A DNA stretch of 30,641 nucleotides, from NCBI GenBank assembly GCA_965649225.1, contig CBFGJX010000025.1:1-30641 (forward strand), given 5' to 3'. This DNA is from a candidate division WOR-3 bacterium. Lineage in GTDB: Bacteria; Hydrothermota; Tepidihabitantia; Tepidihabitantales; Tepidihabitantaceae. This document shows positions 7,870-17,333 of the stretch, piece by piece; positions within the stretch are counted from its first letter, which is position 1, and every line of letters starts with the position of its first letter. The position numbers and the translations under genes are program-made. Under the pieces are notes generated by a model. The model was not told the origin of the DNA. It searched no databases and worked only from the letters and a program-made list of their open reading frames with translations.

Positions 7870-10800
7870 CTAACGAAGCTGAACCGACTTGGTGGTCACC
7901 GCGCCATCGCCGGCTTCAACCCTGAAGACATACGTTCCTGCCGACAGCAGACGGCCGCTCTCGTCTCTGCCATCCCAGCGGAGAACGTGAGAACCTGCCG
8001 GCAGCTGAGCATCATGCAGAATCCGCACTACTCTGCCGCCGACGTCACACACCACGACCCTGGCCCTGCCGGCAACAGGAATGCTCAGATGCACAGTCGC
8101 GGCCGAACGGAACGGATTCGGCGCAGCAGCAATCGAAAGCCGCCTCGGGACCCTCATCGCGAAAGGACGATCCCCGACACCGGTCGTCGGCTCGTTGGTT
8201 GTGAACTTCACTGCCCGACCAGCCACGATCGGCGCCGAACCACGGTGGTAAGCATCGTTGTACAGGTTCTCAATGAAGATCGTCCGGCTCGGATCCTGCT
8301 CACCTACCGTCGCCGAGTTGGTCTGATTCGCAGTCAGATACTGATACACAAACACACAATTGCCGTCCCGGGCCGCCAGCGTCGTGTCGTACAGAATTAT
8401 CTGGTTCTTGTCAAATGTGGTCCGGTTGGAATAGTACGCAACCGAATCCCACTCGACTATGAACCGGTGATTGGCAGCATCGTGATAGTACCATACCCCG
8501 CCACCAGTCGGCGGATACAGATCATCCCAGTTCAAAAACAACGCCGGCACCGGTATCGCACTGGCCGGCAACTGAGTGTTGGAATACGCCGACACCGTCG
8601 TCGAACCAAGCCCAATCCACCCGTTGCCGCAAATCGATACCTGCGTGTAGTTCTGCCCGTAGAACCGGAACGGCCCAAACGCCGTCGGCAGACTCACTAC
8701 CACCGTCTGGTCGTCACTCAGCGTCAACCGCGTCCCAACCGTGTTGATCTCTACCCACTGGAACACCGGCGCCTCAGTGTAACCCGAATCCGCATTGTCA
8801 TACGCCCAGTACAACGCCGGCGTCCGCGGACCATCCGGAATCGGATCAACGGCAGTCACACGACCGACCTGAATACCGAAGGCAACGTTCTGGGCCGGAT
8901 ACCCGGTCTGAGTAATCCGTAACGTGCAGGGAATCGTGAACTCACGTGGTATTGATGCACTGGCGCGGACCCGGAAATGGTCAGCATGATTCATCGTCCA
9001 GGAATCAGCCGGAACGAAACCGTAAGTCGCCATCGAATCGAGAACCGCTAGCCGGGAATCACCGGATACCAGGACTACCTGAACATTGTAGCCGTTGCCG
9101 AGGCCACGATTCCTGAGCTGAACGGCAATGTCGCATTCCTCACCCGGGTCAAGCTTGCCGTTGCCATTGTCGTAGGCATAGACTGAATCACCACTCAACT
9201 TGGGTGTCCCGACCAGCAGTGATAGCGAGGAGACATAGACAGAATCGAGGGTATCCTGAATCACCAGATCGAAATTGAGCGAATAGCGGTTCGTACAGGC
9301 ACTTGCCACTGTGAACTTGAAGCCGTTAGGACCGGTATAGCCGGTGCTGTCCTGTAGAATGGTGCCGAAGCGCTTCACCGAATCGGTAATCACGATATTC
9401 GGGTCGGTGGTGCGCAGCCTGCCCCACACGCCTCGGGCCGTATAGTCACAGAGATTGATCACCCAGGTCGGCATATTGATTGCCTCACCTGGATTGATGA
9501 TCCCGTCGTTGTTGCCGCCAATGCTGTCGTCAATTGCGTGGCGATAGTAGCGAACCCCAAACGGCGGCCTTGTCGCGTTGACCGCGGCCAGCGCATTTAT
9601 GCGGCCAGCACCAAAATCGTTATCCTTGCCTGCCGGCCCGAGGTCGAGCGCTGTCACTTCAAGAATTGAGTCAACTTCGCGTGGCGTGAGATTCGGGTTC
9701 TTGGACAGCATCAGGCACACCGTGCCCGCCACATGCGGAGTAGCCATCGAGGTTCCGGACATCTGAGTATAGCCACCGGTGTACGAACAGGACTTGGTGT
9801 TGACACCCGGGGCACACACATCCGGCCGGGTCAGTCCGGGCGGATAGACCCAGTCATTGAAGGGCGCAACCGAACCCCAGGTAACGGGACCGCGACTGGA
9901 GAACGATGCGATTGCATCGCTTGAATCAACAGCGCCAATCGACATGATACCGGACAAGGCACCGGTTCCAGTATTCTGTGGATTCGGCCACGGCGGCGGC
10001 ACGTTGCCCGGGCAGCGACAGGAATTGGGTGGGCTGATCGAACGTTCGTTGCCTGCAGCGACCACCTGTATCAGCCCGGCAGCATTAACATTGTTGGCAG
10101 TCGTACGCCAGGTCGCCTGATGGGGATTCCAGGATATCTGCCAGCCGAGCGACATGGTATACAGGTCAGCTCCGTTGGCCGGCGACAGCGGCGGGCTGAC
10201 ACAGAACTGCATCGCCTGCCAGCACTGACTCTCCGCCACTGAATCGGCCACCGTCCGCACACGAAGACCCATAATCTGAGCATCGGGAGCGACGCCACAC
10301 TGCGTCCCGGCAGTACCATCGGACGCAACCGTGCCGGCAGTATGAGTCCCATGCCCCTGCTGGTCCATCGGGTCGTTAGTGTTGTTCTCGAAGTTCCAGC
10401 CGTGGCGGGGGTAGTTCGGGTCAGTCCACATGTGATCAGCGAGGTCGGGATGGTTATAGTTGACCCCGGTGTCAATATGACCACAGACAACACCCTGGCC
10501 TGTGTAACCAAGCGCCCACACTGCCGGAGCCCTGATGTTGTTAACTCCGTAGGTGATCTCGTCGGTCTCGGTCACTGGTTCTTCAGCTTCCAGCAGGTCT
10601 GGCGCCCAGGCCAGGTCATAATTGACATACTGGATGTCGGAACGTTCACCCACAGCCCTGATCACCTCTGGCGTTGCTTCAAAGTACACCGCATTGACTA
10701 TCCACAGCGGCGTCACCTCACGCACTTTGCCCAGAGCTGCTTGTTTCGACAGGTATGCCAGCAGATCAGCCTGTGTCTCGCCAGAGAACTGCTGGAGTAT

Positions 10801-11010
10801 CCTGGCAACCTCCACCCGTCGCTGCCTGCGCGGCATGCCTTCGACGAGTCGATTGAGCAATTCGCTGTCGAACTGCTCGACCAGGACGGCATGTACCGGC
10901 AGAAGAGCATCCTGCTCGGCCACCGCCAGATGCTTTTCCAGTTCCGGCGTCAACACTGCGGATGCAACTCCGCAAAGCATCAGCGCCGAAATCACTATCG
11001 CTCTTTTCAC
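7870..11010 (-). CDS. Secreted S8 (subtilisin-like) serine peptidase with prodomain, two Ig-like modules and FlgD/T9SS-type C-terminal domain
   Basis: Catalytic triad IDTG / HGTHTAG / GTSMATPH and oxyanion AAGNE; AAGGAGG RBS; C-terminus PNPF...WDGRDESG..LSAGTY. Confidence 0.95.
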   Translation of the reverse strand: MKRAIVISALMLCGVASAVLTPELEKHLAVAEQDALLPVHAVLVEQFDSELLNRLVEGMPRRQRRVEVARILQQFSGETQADLLAYLSKQAALGKVREVTPLWIVNAVYFEATPEVIRAVGERSDIQYVNYDLAWAPDLLEAEEPVTETDEITYGVNNIRAPAVWALGYTGQGVVCGHIDTGVNYNHPDLADHMWTDPNYPRHGWNFENNTNDPMDQQGHGTHTAGTVASDGTAGTQCGVAPDAQIMGLRVRTVADSVAESQCWQAMQFCVSPPLSPANGADLYTMSLGWQISWNPHQATWRTTANNVNAAGLIQVVAAGNERSISPPNSCRCPGNVPPPWPNPQNTGTGALSGIMSIGAVDSSDAIASFSSRGPVTWGSVAPFNDWVYPPGLTRPDVCAPGVNTKSCSYTGGYTQMSGTSMATPHVAGTVCLMLSKNPNLTPREVDSILEVTALDLGPAGKDNDFGAGRINALAAVNATRPPFGVRYYRHAIDDSIGGNNDGIINPGEAINMPTWVINLCDYTARGVWGRLRTTDPNIVITDSVKRFGTILQDSTGYTGPNGFKFTVASACTNRYSLNFDLVIQDTLDSVYVSSLSLLVGTPKLSGDSVYAYDNGNGKLDPGEECDIAVQLRNRGLGNGYNVQVVLVSGDSRLAVLDSMATYGFVPADSWTMNHADHFRVRASASIPREFTIPCTLRITQTGYPAQNVAFGIQVGRVTAVDPIPDGPRTPALYWAYDNADSGYTEAPVFQWVEINTVGTRLTLSDDQTVVVSLPTAFGPFRFYGQNYTQVSICGNGWIGLGSTTVSAYSNTQLPASAIPVPALFLNWDDLYPPTGGGVWYYHDAANHRFIVEWDSVAYYSNRTTFDKNQIILYDTTLAARDGNCVFVYQYLTANQTNSATVGEQDPSRTIFIENLYNDAYHRGSAPIVAGRAVKFTTNEPTTGVGDRPFAMRVPRRLSIAAAPNPFRSAATVHLSIPVAGRARVVVCDVGGRVVRILHDAQLPAGSHVLRWDGRDESGRLLSAGTYVFRVEAGDGAVTTKSVQLR

Positions 11011-11081
11011 ACACGCCTCCTTGAGAGAGCTGTCGAGCTTTTGGCACTGCCACCCCGCAATCAGGGTAGCTTACTTGTGCC

Positions 11082-11109
11082 ATTATACCCCCGCTGCATT
11101 TGACGTCAA
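11082..11109 (-). promoter_or_regulatory. Sigma70 promoter candidate for the S8 gene
   Basis: TTGACG-16 nt-TATAAT. The -35 box is half of the palindrome TTGACGTCAA. A 9-bp leader hairpin with G-U pairs lies at 11049-11070. Confidence 0.65.
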
Positions 11110-11138
11110 CGGTTGTATCGCCTGGTCGGGTCGATTGC

Positions 11139-11173
11139 TGGCACTTGCCTTGCCACACCATGGCAGTTAGAAT
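11139..11173 (+). promoter_or_regulatory. Promoter candidates for the JAB gene (sigma70 and an overlapping sigma54-like match)
   Basis: TTGCCT(11145)-17 nt-TAGAAT(11168-11173), 5 nt before GTG 11179; also TGGCAC-N5-TTGC at 11139-11153. Confidence 0.5.
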
Positions 11174-11178
11174 TCCCG

Positions 11179-11790
11179 GTGCACTTTCGCAGTCGAAGGA
11201 AAAACCCTCGACTTTCGCACCAAAGACGCACCCCACCGTTCCGCTCCCCCATCTTGATAGAAGAGGGCGCGGTTCGAGATATCTGTCACTACGCCCGAGT
11301 CGGCTACGAAACACCGCTTAAACGAGAAACATACGGCTTCCTTTTTGGCACCCTGAACAGAAACAGGCGGCTGACCATCCGCCGTGCCTGCTACTATCGT
11401 GGCGGCAAAAAGACGAGAACATCAGTGCAGTTCAAGGACTGGCCAACCATCAGGCGGGTAAGAAACAGGCGCAAACAGCTTGCCGCCCGCCTGCGCATGC
11501 GCTATCTGGGGAGCTTCCACTCCCATGTCGAAGTCGCCGGAGAAGTGTTTCGGGGCATATCGCCCGATGACCGGGAATCGTTTGACCGCGACACGATGTC
11601 ACTCGTCGAACTCGTTGCGTTCGTCTGGCCCGGAATCCAGCCCCCACGCGAGGCGTCACGCCGATCGATAGTCGCATATGATACCCGCCGGGAATACCAC
11701 TATCGCATCCGAGCGTATGCCAAATGCAAGCAAGGCATACGCCAGATCGCTATCAGGCTTGTTCCGTCCGGGGTCATCATTGTGCACTGA
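11179..11790 (+). CDS. JAB/MPN (JAMM) domain protein, Arg-rich
   Basis: ETYGFLFG strand with catalytic Glu, then YLGSFHSH-x11-SPDD. Start moved from the track's 11113 to GTG 11179 on promoter geometry. Confidence 0.75.
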   Translation: MHFRSRRKNPRLSHQRRTPPFRSPILIEEGAVRDICHYARVGYETPLKRETYGFLFGTLNRNRRLTIRRACYYRGGKKTRTSVQFKDWPTIRRVRNRRKQLAARLRMRYLGSFHSHVEVAGEVFRGISPDDRESFDRDTMSLVELVAFVWPGIQPPREASRRSIVAYDTRREYHYRIRAYAKCKQGIRQIAIRLVPSGVIIVH

Positions 11791-11825
11791 CGCGCCGGGG
11801 CGGGTGATACTACCGCCCCGGCGCG
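11791..11825. terminator. GC-rich hairpin immediately after the JAB stop codon
   Basis: Perfect 13-bp stem CGCGCCGGGGCGG/CCGCCCCGGCGCG; no clear U-tract. Confidence 0.5.
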
Positions 11826-11930
11826 CGGCCGTCATTTCTGACGGCTCGCAAGGAGGTCCTGTGTGTCAGAGGCTGTGCTACGAACCGTCTGAAACTTGGG
11901 ACGCACCGACTGATATAAGGTTGCCTCAGA

Positions 11931-12722
11931 TTAGCGAACGATTCTTTCGAGACGAAAACCGACCTCAGCTACCCAATGCTTCATTACCCGAAACCTAATC
12001 TGTTGTGAGACCCAGCCATCTGCTGTTGCAACAAGCAGATGTACCCCGGTGGGAACATTGTTCAGAAGAAACTCTCCCGTCGAATCGGTCAACGCAGTGT
12101 TGCCCGTCCCCCAGATTTCAACACGAGCACCCGCAATTGGCCGGTCCGAAACCCGGTCAACGACCTGCCCCCTTACCGTTCCGACGTTGGTAGTATCGGT
12201 CAGCGATATCAGAACCGAGATGGTCTCGCCGCCGACCGGCCTGACGGTACACGGCCTTGCAACAAAGCCAGCGGCCATCGCCGACAGCTCAAATGAGCCC
12301 GGCTGAAGATCGGCCAGAACAAACTCACCGTCCGGACCCGACAGAACTGTCCTGTCGAGTCCCGCAACCCGAATCTGCACGTTCGCCAGCCCCACTCCGC
12401 CGAACGCCTCGACAACCCGTCCCTTGACAGTGCGCGGCTGTTGTCGGTACAGAGTGACAACAAGTGTCTCCGAACTGAACCTCGTGCCAGCCTCAATCTC
12501 ATGATAGCCAACCCGCGTCAGTTTCAGTCTGCCGCGCCGACGGGAAAGCAGAACCGACCCCCTCCCCGTCGAGTCGGTATAAGCCATCAACCCGTTGTCG
12601 TCACTCTGAACAAGCACCCCAGCCAGAGGCCGGCCGGTGTCGCCATCAATTGTCCGCACAGGCAAGACCGACCTCACCTGACACGCAGCGACCAGAAGGG
12701 CAACTCCAAAAACAGACCGCAT
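11931..12722 (-). CDS. Putative lipoprotein with three carboxypeptidase-regulatory-like (transthyretin-like) domains
   Basis: Lipobox-like LLVAAC; three repeats of G.V.D..tG.Pl.ga.V....TDs.G.F.L..l..G. Confidence 0.8.
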   Translation of the reverse strand: MRSVFGVALLVAACQVRSVLPVRTIDGDTGRPLAGVLVQSDDNGLMAYTDSTGRGSVLLSRRRGRLKLTRVGYHEIEAGTRFSSETLVVTLYRQQPRTVKGRVVEAFGGVGLANVQIRVAGLDRTVLSGPDGEFVLADLQPGSFELSAMAAGFVARPCTVRPVGGETISVLISLTDTTNVGTVRGQVVDRVSDRPIAGARVEIWGTGNTALTDSTGEFLLNNVPTGVHLLVATADGWVSQQIRFRVMKHWVAEVGFRLERIVR

Positions 12723-12727
12723 CTATC

Positions 12728-13396
12728 TCAGCTTTTCAGGCCCCGCTCAGGCACGACGTAAATCAACGGCAGCGAGACCAGAGTGGTTATGCCTTTGGCA
12801 ACGATATTCGCCCAAAAAACTGCCAGGACAACAGTCAAGGGCATACGCCCGGCAAACGCCAGCACAACAAAGAGTGCCGAATCGAGCGGCACGCTAACCG
12901 AGTTGCTCGAAAGAACCCGCAGCCATTGTCGGCTGAGGCCGAATCGGTACACCCACAGGCGATAGACTTCTCCGTCCACCAGTTCGGAAGCAACCTCGGC
13001 AACGATGGATGCAACCACTATCCGCCATACCGGCGCCAGCACCATGCCGAACTCGCTCTGCGGACCAACCCTCGCATCCGCCGGCAGACGTGCAATCAGC
13101 CAGAAAAGTGCGGCCATCAGCAGATTGACAATCCCGCAAAACACAACCAGCCGACGTGCCGCCCTGATTCCACCAGTCTTGTGCACAAGGTCGCGAAGGG
13201 TGAACGTGAAAGGATAAACCAGCGTGCCGGCGTCCATGCTCAGCCCTCCCAGCATCACTATCCGCAGACTGGCGATATCGGACAGAATCTGTGCGGCAAC
13301 ATACGCCCCCGAGACGAGCGCGACAGCGGCCAAGTCGCGCTCAGCCGGCCCGACCGACGCCGCCTCCAGATTGCCACTGCTCAGCCAACGGGTCAT
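12728..13396 (-). CDS. Queuosine precursor transporter (YhhQ/VUT family)
   Basis: Multi-TM protein with AGTLVYPFTFTLRDLV, WRIVVASIVAEVASELVD and LRVLSSNSVSVPLDSALF. Start probably ATG 13396 (alternative GTG 13408). Confidence 0.85.
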   Translation of the reverse strand: MTRWLSSGNLEAASVGPAERDLAAVALVSGAYVAAQILSDIASLRIVMLGGLSMDAGTLVYPFTFTLRDLVHKTGGIRAARRLVVFCGIVNLLMAALFWLIARLPADARVGPQSEFGMVLAPVWRIVVASIVAEVASELVDGEVYRLWVYRFGLSRQWLRVLSSNSVSVPLDSALFVVLAFAGRMPLTVVLAVFWANIVAKGITTLVSLPLIYVVPERGLKS

Positions 13397-13496
13397 CGGT
13401 GATTTCACCCCCTGACGATAACGATGGATTCACAGCGGTCAATTCATTCGACTTGAACGATCGACCAGGCTGCCATAGTCAGGGTGCTGGCGGACC

Positions 13497-13531
13497 AAAT
13501 AACGGAGCGGGGCGCGTTCTCCGCGCCCCGC
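13497..13531 (-). terminator. Hairpin / weak terminator after the second M14 gene
   Basis: GCGGGGCGCG-GAGAA-CGCGCCCCGC followed by TCCGTTATTT (poor U-tract). Confidence 0.55.
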
Positions 13532-13552
13532 AAAACTGTCCGTCCTGTGACG

Positions 13553-15799
13553 CTATCGCGCGATGGTTATGCGTTCTGCCACGGTACGATCGGCCTCAAG
13601 CCGGCAATAGTACACCCCTGCAGGCAATAGCCGGCCCCGGTCGTCACAACGGTCCCAGTCAATCGTATACTCGCCGGCACTTGCCACACCTGCGGCCAGA
13701 ACCCGCACAGCGCGACCGGCCGCATCGTGAATAACAAGTCGAACAGGCCCGGTCTTCGCCATGCTGTAACGGATGGTGACCGCGCCGGCCGCCGGATTGG
13801 CACCAACGACCCGCAGCCCGGTGTTCGACCTCTCAACTGTCGGCGCGGCAACCGCAGTTGCACCGACCTGAACATCCTCCAGCGGGCCGAAAACATTCCA
13901 GCCCCAACGCGCATTGCGCCCACGTACGCGGTAGAAATAACGACCAGGGTCCTTACCGGTGAAGCTGTAGATAGTATCGGTTATATTGTTGGAGATCGTC
14001 TGCCGGTTTGCGAAGTTGGGTACCGGCCAGACGTCGTCGATGTAGACCCCGGAACCAAGCGTACCATCATCGGTCATGTAGCGGAAACGAATGAAGACCG
14101 ATGTCCCCGCCCAACGGTCCAGCGAGAAAGCCTGACGCACCCAACCGTTCGAATTGCCGGTGAAGCGGTCGTGAAGCTGAACCCACTCCAGACCGTTGGT
14201 CGATACCTCGGCAACAGTCACGTCGTAATTGCTTTCCGTGTTGTACCAGATCCAGTACCGAAGTGAATCACCCCGCCGCACCGGATACGGATACTTGGTG
14301 ACCATGTAGTTCGACGCATTATTGCCGGTACCAAGATAGACCGAGTAATTGCCAGAGTGCTTCTGAGTCGATGACTGACTGGCATTGTTGAGCTCCCAGA
14401 GACCGGTCCCGGATTCAATTCCATCCTCAGTGACCGTCAGCCCGGTCAACTCTTCCAGTTCCCAGCGATCCGGTTCATTGTAGGACGGACGAACCGGGGT
14501 CCAATGCAGGACATAATCTCCGGTCGGTGACGAATCAACCGGGGCGATAACCGGTGGTGGAACGCGGCCGCGCAGTACACTCCGGATTGAATCGGCACGC
14601 TGAAACAGATACCAGGCACCCTTAAAACAGGTCGTCTGTATCGGCTCAAGCTGACCCGTACTCTGGTAGAATGACGTCCCAAGCTCAAAGACATAACTCA
14701 AGCAGGGAAAACCGCCAACCCAATGTCCCCAGCCGTACATCCAGTCACAGGAACCACCCGCGACCGGGTACAACGAGGTCGTCTGTCCTGGCGTGTAAGT
14801 ACCCCCGCCAAGCTTGGCCATCTGTGACGCCATCCGAGTACCCAGCGAAACGTAGGTTTCGTTGTCAGGAGCCAGCGTGCCATCTCCCATCGGCCAAAGC
14901 ACCAGCTCCGAATAGGAATGCAGCGTGATGTCAGCAACAAAGCTCTTCGTTTTGAAGAACTCTGCCAGAGCGTTGATTTCCTTACCCCACTGGCCTTTGG
15001 CGCCCATCCAGGTATCGCTGCCCGGCCGGTGGTCTGACCTCGAACCACTCGAAAGAGCTCCCCAGCCAGAGCCAGGCGTGCCGGCACAATAGCCATTGTA
15101 GTCCCGGTTGGGGTCACAACCGATTGCCGTGCTGAACGGCTGACGATTGCGTCGCCACGATCGCTGGGACGGGTAGTCGTAGAGATACCCATCTACATTC
15201 ACTATCGGGAAAACCCAGATCTGGTGATTGTCAATATAGTTGCGGAACTCGGAGTTACTGGCATAGTTCGAAAGCAACGTATCAACGAAGTGGCGGGCCG
15301 CCTCTGGCGCCGCCCACTCACGTGAGTGATGCATTGACTCGAGCAGGACCATCGTCCGGTCATCGTCACTGTTGACGTTACCGGCAATTTTGACTCCGAA
15401 TATCCAGTTGCCCTCATGTGTAGGCCCGATGCTTTCAACCCGGCAAAGACTCGGATAGTTTGCCGCCCAGTTCCGCATCAGAGCGATATGATCGGCATAA
15501 GACCGGTATTGACCGTCCTCCACCGCCTCGGCCCGCCAGGTTTCGATGTCGTCGCTCAGTACCTGCCAGTTCAGACCGCATGACTGAATCAAACCAAGAT
15601 CTGCACGATCCAGCAGGAGGTCGTAGGACCTGCCGGCAATCTTGCCAGCGATGTCTATTGAACTGCCCTTGAACGGAATTCGCTCGTAAAGCGTCCAGTA
15701 ATCGGGTGCATCGACCCGCACAAGCATGGGACCAGCCCAGCTCGTGGCGGTCAAAGCGATCGCCATCAAAGCTGAGCACCAGACACGAGCAGTGAACAT
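13553..15799 (-). CDS. Secreted M14 zinc carboxypeptidase (carboxypeptidase T-like) with jelly-roll, FN3-like and FlgD/T9SS-type domains
   Basis: HSREW, NVDG, WRRNR, DPNRDY, LHSYSEL and FELG motifs; AGGAGG RBS; tail WDRCDDRGRLLPAGVYY. Confidence 0.93.
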   Translation of the reverse strand: MFTARVWCSALMAIALTATSWAGPMLVRVDAPDYWTLYERIPFKGSSIDIAGKIAGRSYDLLLDRADLGLIQSCGLNWQVLSDDIETWRAEAVEDGQYRSYADHIALMRNWAANYPSLCRVESIGPTHEGNWIFGVKIAGNVNSDDDRTMVLLESMHHSREWAAPEAARHFVDTLLSNYASNSEFRNYIDNHQIWVFPIVNVDGYLYDYPSQRSWRRNRQPFSTAIGCDPNRDYNGYCAGTPGSGWGALSSGSRSDHRPGSDTWMGAKGQWGKEINALAEFFKTKSFVADITLHSYSELVLWPMGDGTLAPDNETYVSLGTRMASQMAKLGGGTYTPGQTTSLYPVAGGSCDWMYGWGHWVGGFPCLSYVFELGTSFYQSTGQLEPIQTTCFKGAWYLFQRADSIRSVLRGRVPPPVIAPVDSSPTGDYVLHWTPVRPSYNEPDRWELEELTGLTVTEDGIESGTGLWELNNASQSSTQKHSGNYSVYLGTGNNASNYMVTKYPYPVRRGDSLRYWIWYNTESNYDVTVAEVSTNGLEWVQLHDRFTGNSNGWVRQAFSLDRWAGTSVFIRFRYMTDDGTLGSGVYIDDVWPVPNFANRQTISNNITDTIYSFTGKDPGRYFYRVRGRNARWGWNVFGPLEDVQVGATAVAAPTVERSNTGLRVVGANPAAGAVTIRYSMAKTGPVRLVIHDAAGRAVRVLAAGVASAGEYTIDWDRCDDRGRLLPAGVYYCRLEADRTVAERITIAR

Positions 15800-15900
15800 C
15801 GTACATTACCTCCTGTAGAACTTTCTATACCGGTGCTGATTTGTCTTCGTTGAGCAGGCGCAATATCGGAGCACCGCCGAACCGATTCGCATGCCAGAAC

Positions 15901-15928
15901 ATTCTAAGCCGTGCCGGCCCGGTGTCAA
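15901..15928 (-). promoter_or_regulatory. Sigma70 promoter candidate for the second M14 gene
   Basis: TTGACA-16 nt-TAGAAT, about 100 nt upstream of the start. Confidence 0.65.
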
Positions 15929-15942
15929 ACACCTTGCCGAAG

Positions 15943-17148
15943 CTAGTTCCTTTCCGGCACCGGCAGAGTACACCGGGTCGGCCGATCCTCACGCCAACCC
16001 AAAGCATAGTCCGCCTGCATCAGCTTGTGCACCTCGCGGGAGCCCTCATAGATCTGAGCGCCCTTGGCATTGCGATAGAACCGTTCAACTGAATACTCGC
16101 TCGAAAACCCATACGCACCGTGAATCTGCACGGCATCCGAGGCACACCGCTCAGCCGCTTCACAGGCGTACCACTTCGCCAGCGACGTCTCACGCGTGTT
16201 ACGCAGGCCAAGGTTCTTCATCCAACCCGCCTTCAACCACAACATCCGAGCCGCCTGGTAGGCGGATTCCATCCCGGCGATCATCTCCTTAACTAGCTGG
16301 TGGGTACCGATCGGTTTGCCGAAAGTATGACGAATCTGAGCATACTCGACTGAGGCATCGCGACAGGCTTTGATCAGCCCGGTTGCCCCGGCAGCCACGG
16401 TGTAGCGTCCCTGGTCGATTGCGAACATGGCAATGGTAAATCCCTCGCCTTCTTCACCGAGCCGATTCCGCTCCGGCACACGCACGTCGTCCATCGAAAT
16501 CGACCCGGTGTTGCCTGCCCGTACACCAAGTTTGCCGTGGATTGTGCCCGTAGTAAGCCCCTTCATCCCACGCTCAAGGATAAAGCAGGACAGACCTTTG
16601 TGGTCACGCCGCGCCTGTTTTTCCGGGTCGGTCCACGCAAAGACAATGAACTGGTCGGCCACGTCGGCCAGCGATATCCACATTTTCTCGCCCGAAAGCA
16701 GGTAGTCGGCACCGTCACGCCGCGCCCGGGCCTGAATGCCAACCGCGTCGGTTCCGGCACCGGGTTCGGTCAAGCCAAAAGTCGACACCTTCTCACCCCT
16801 GGCCTGCGGCACAAGGTACTGCTGCTTCTGTTCCTCCGTACCCCATGACAGCAACGTGAGCGAATTCAGCCCGATATGGACCGACAACACGACACGCAGC
16901 GAAGTGTCGACATACTCCAGCTCCTCACAGGCCAGGCCGAGTCCAATGTAATCACCACCCGACCCACCGTATCGCTCGGGCAGCGAAAGACCAAGCAGAC
17001 CGGTCGCGGCCATACCTTTCAGTACATCCCGGTCGAACTGACCCGCCGCATCGCGCTCGTTGATCGTCGGCAACACCTCACGCTGGGCCCAGTCACGGGC
17101 CAGCTTGGCGACAAACTGCTGCTCTTCGGTAAAAGTCAAGTCAATCAT
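15943..17148 (-). CDS. Acyl-CoA dehydrogenase
   Basis: FGLTEPGAGTD, GEKMWIS, KLGVRA, QIHGAYGF and catalytic QIYEGS motifs. Confidence 0.95.
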   Translation of the reverse strand: MIDLTFTEEQQFVAKLARDWAQREVLPTINERDAAGQFDRDVLKGMAATGLLGLSLPERYGGSGGDYIGLGLACEELEYVDTSLRVVLSVHIGLNSLTLLSWGTEEQKQQYLVPQARGEKVSTFGLTEPGAGTDAVGIQARARRDGADYLLSGEKMWISLADVADQFIVFAWTDPEKQARRDHKGLSCFILERGMKGLTTGTIHGKLGVRAGNTGSISMDDVRVPERNRLGEEGEGFTIAMFAIDQGRYTVAAGATGLIKACRDASVEYAQIRHTFGKPIGTHQLVKEMIAGMESAYQAARMLWLKAGWMKNLGLRNTRETSLAKWYACEAAERCASDAVQIHGAYGFSSEYSVERFYRNAKGAQIYEGSREVHKLMQADYALGWREDRPTRCTLPVPERN

Positions 17149-17181
17149 CGGACTTTCCTTTCCAGTAAGTCGACAGGGGTC

Positions 17182-17258
17182 ATTATAGAACGAGGGGGAT
17201 TGTGACGCAAGGCGTACTGCCGGAAGCGACTTGACTCAGTCGGACGGCCGACTATCAT
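17182..17258. promoter_or_regulatory. Back-to-back sigma70 promoter candidates (acyl-CoA dehydrogenase / thiolase-like)
   Basis: Minus strand: TTGCGT-17-TATAAT (17210-17182). Plus strand: TTGACT-16-TATCAT (17231-17258). Confidence 0.6.
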
Positions 17259-17333
17259 CGCCCGAGTTTGCGCCGCGCGCGGTCCCGCGCGGCCCGACAG
17301 AGCTCGGCCAGAACGGACCCTAGGAGGACACTG

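Noticed and set aside
1..8870. Shared M14/S8 segment as a DGR template/variable repeat pair or recent duplication
   Set aside because: Differences are spread over all bases and largely synonymous rather than adenine-specific; both copies are coding, and there is no reverse transcriptase in the window.
7840..8922. 360-aa plus-strand ORF
   Set aside because: Antisense to the S8 C-terminal modules; Arg/Pro-rich with no recognisable domain.
11139..11153. Sigma54 promoter as a firm call
   Set aside because: It matches TGGCAC-N5-TTGC but overlaps a good sigma70 candidate, and no activator gene is in the window; left as tentative.
13397..13500. Canonical preQ1-I/II/III riboswitch
   Set aside because: I could not match the known consensus features, such as the short stem plus A-rich tail of class I. 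Kept only as an unclassified structure.
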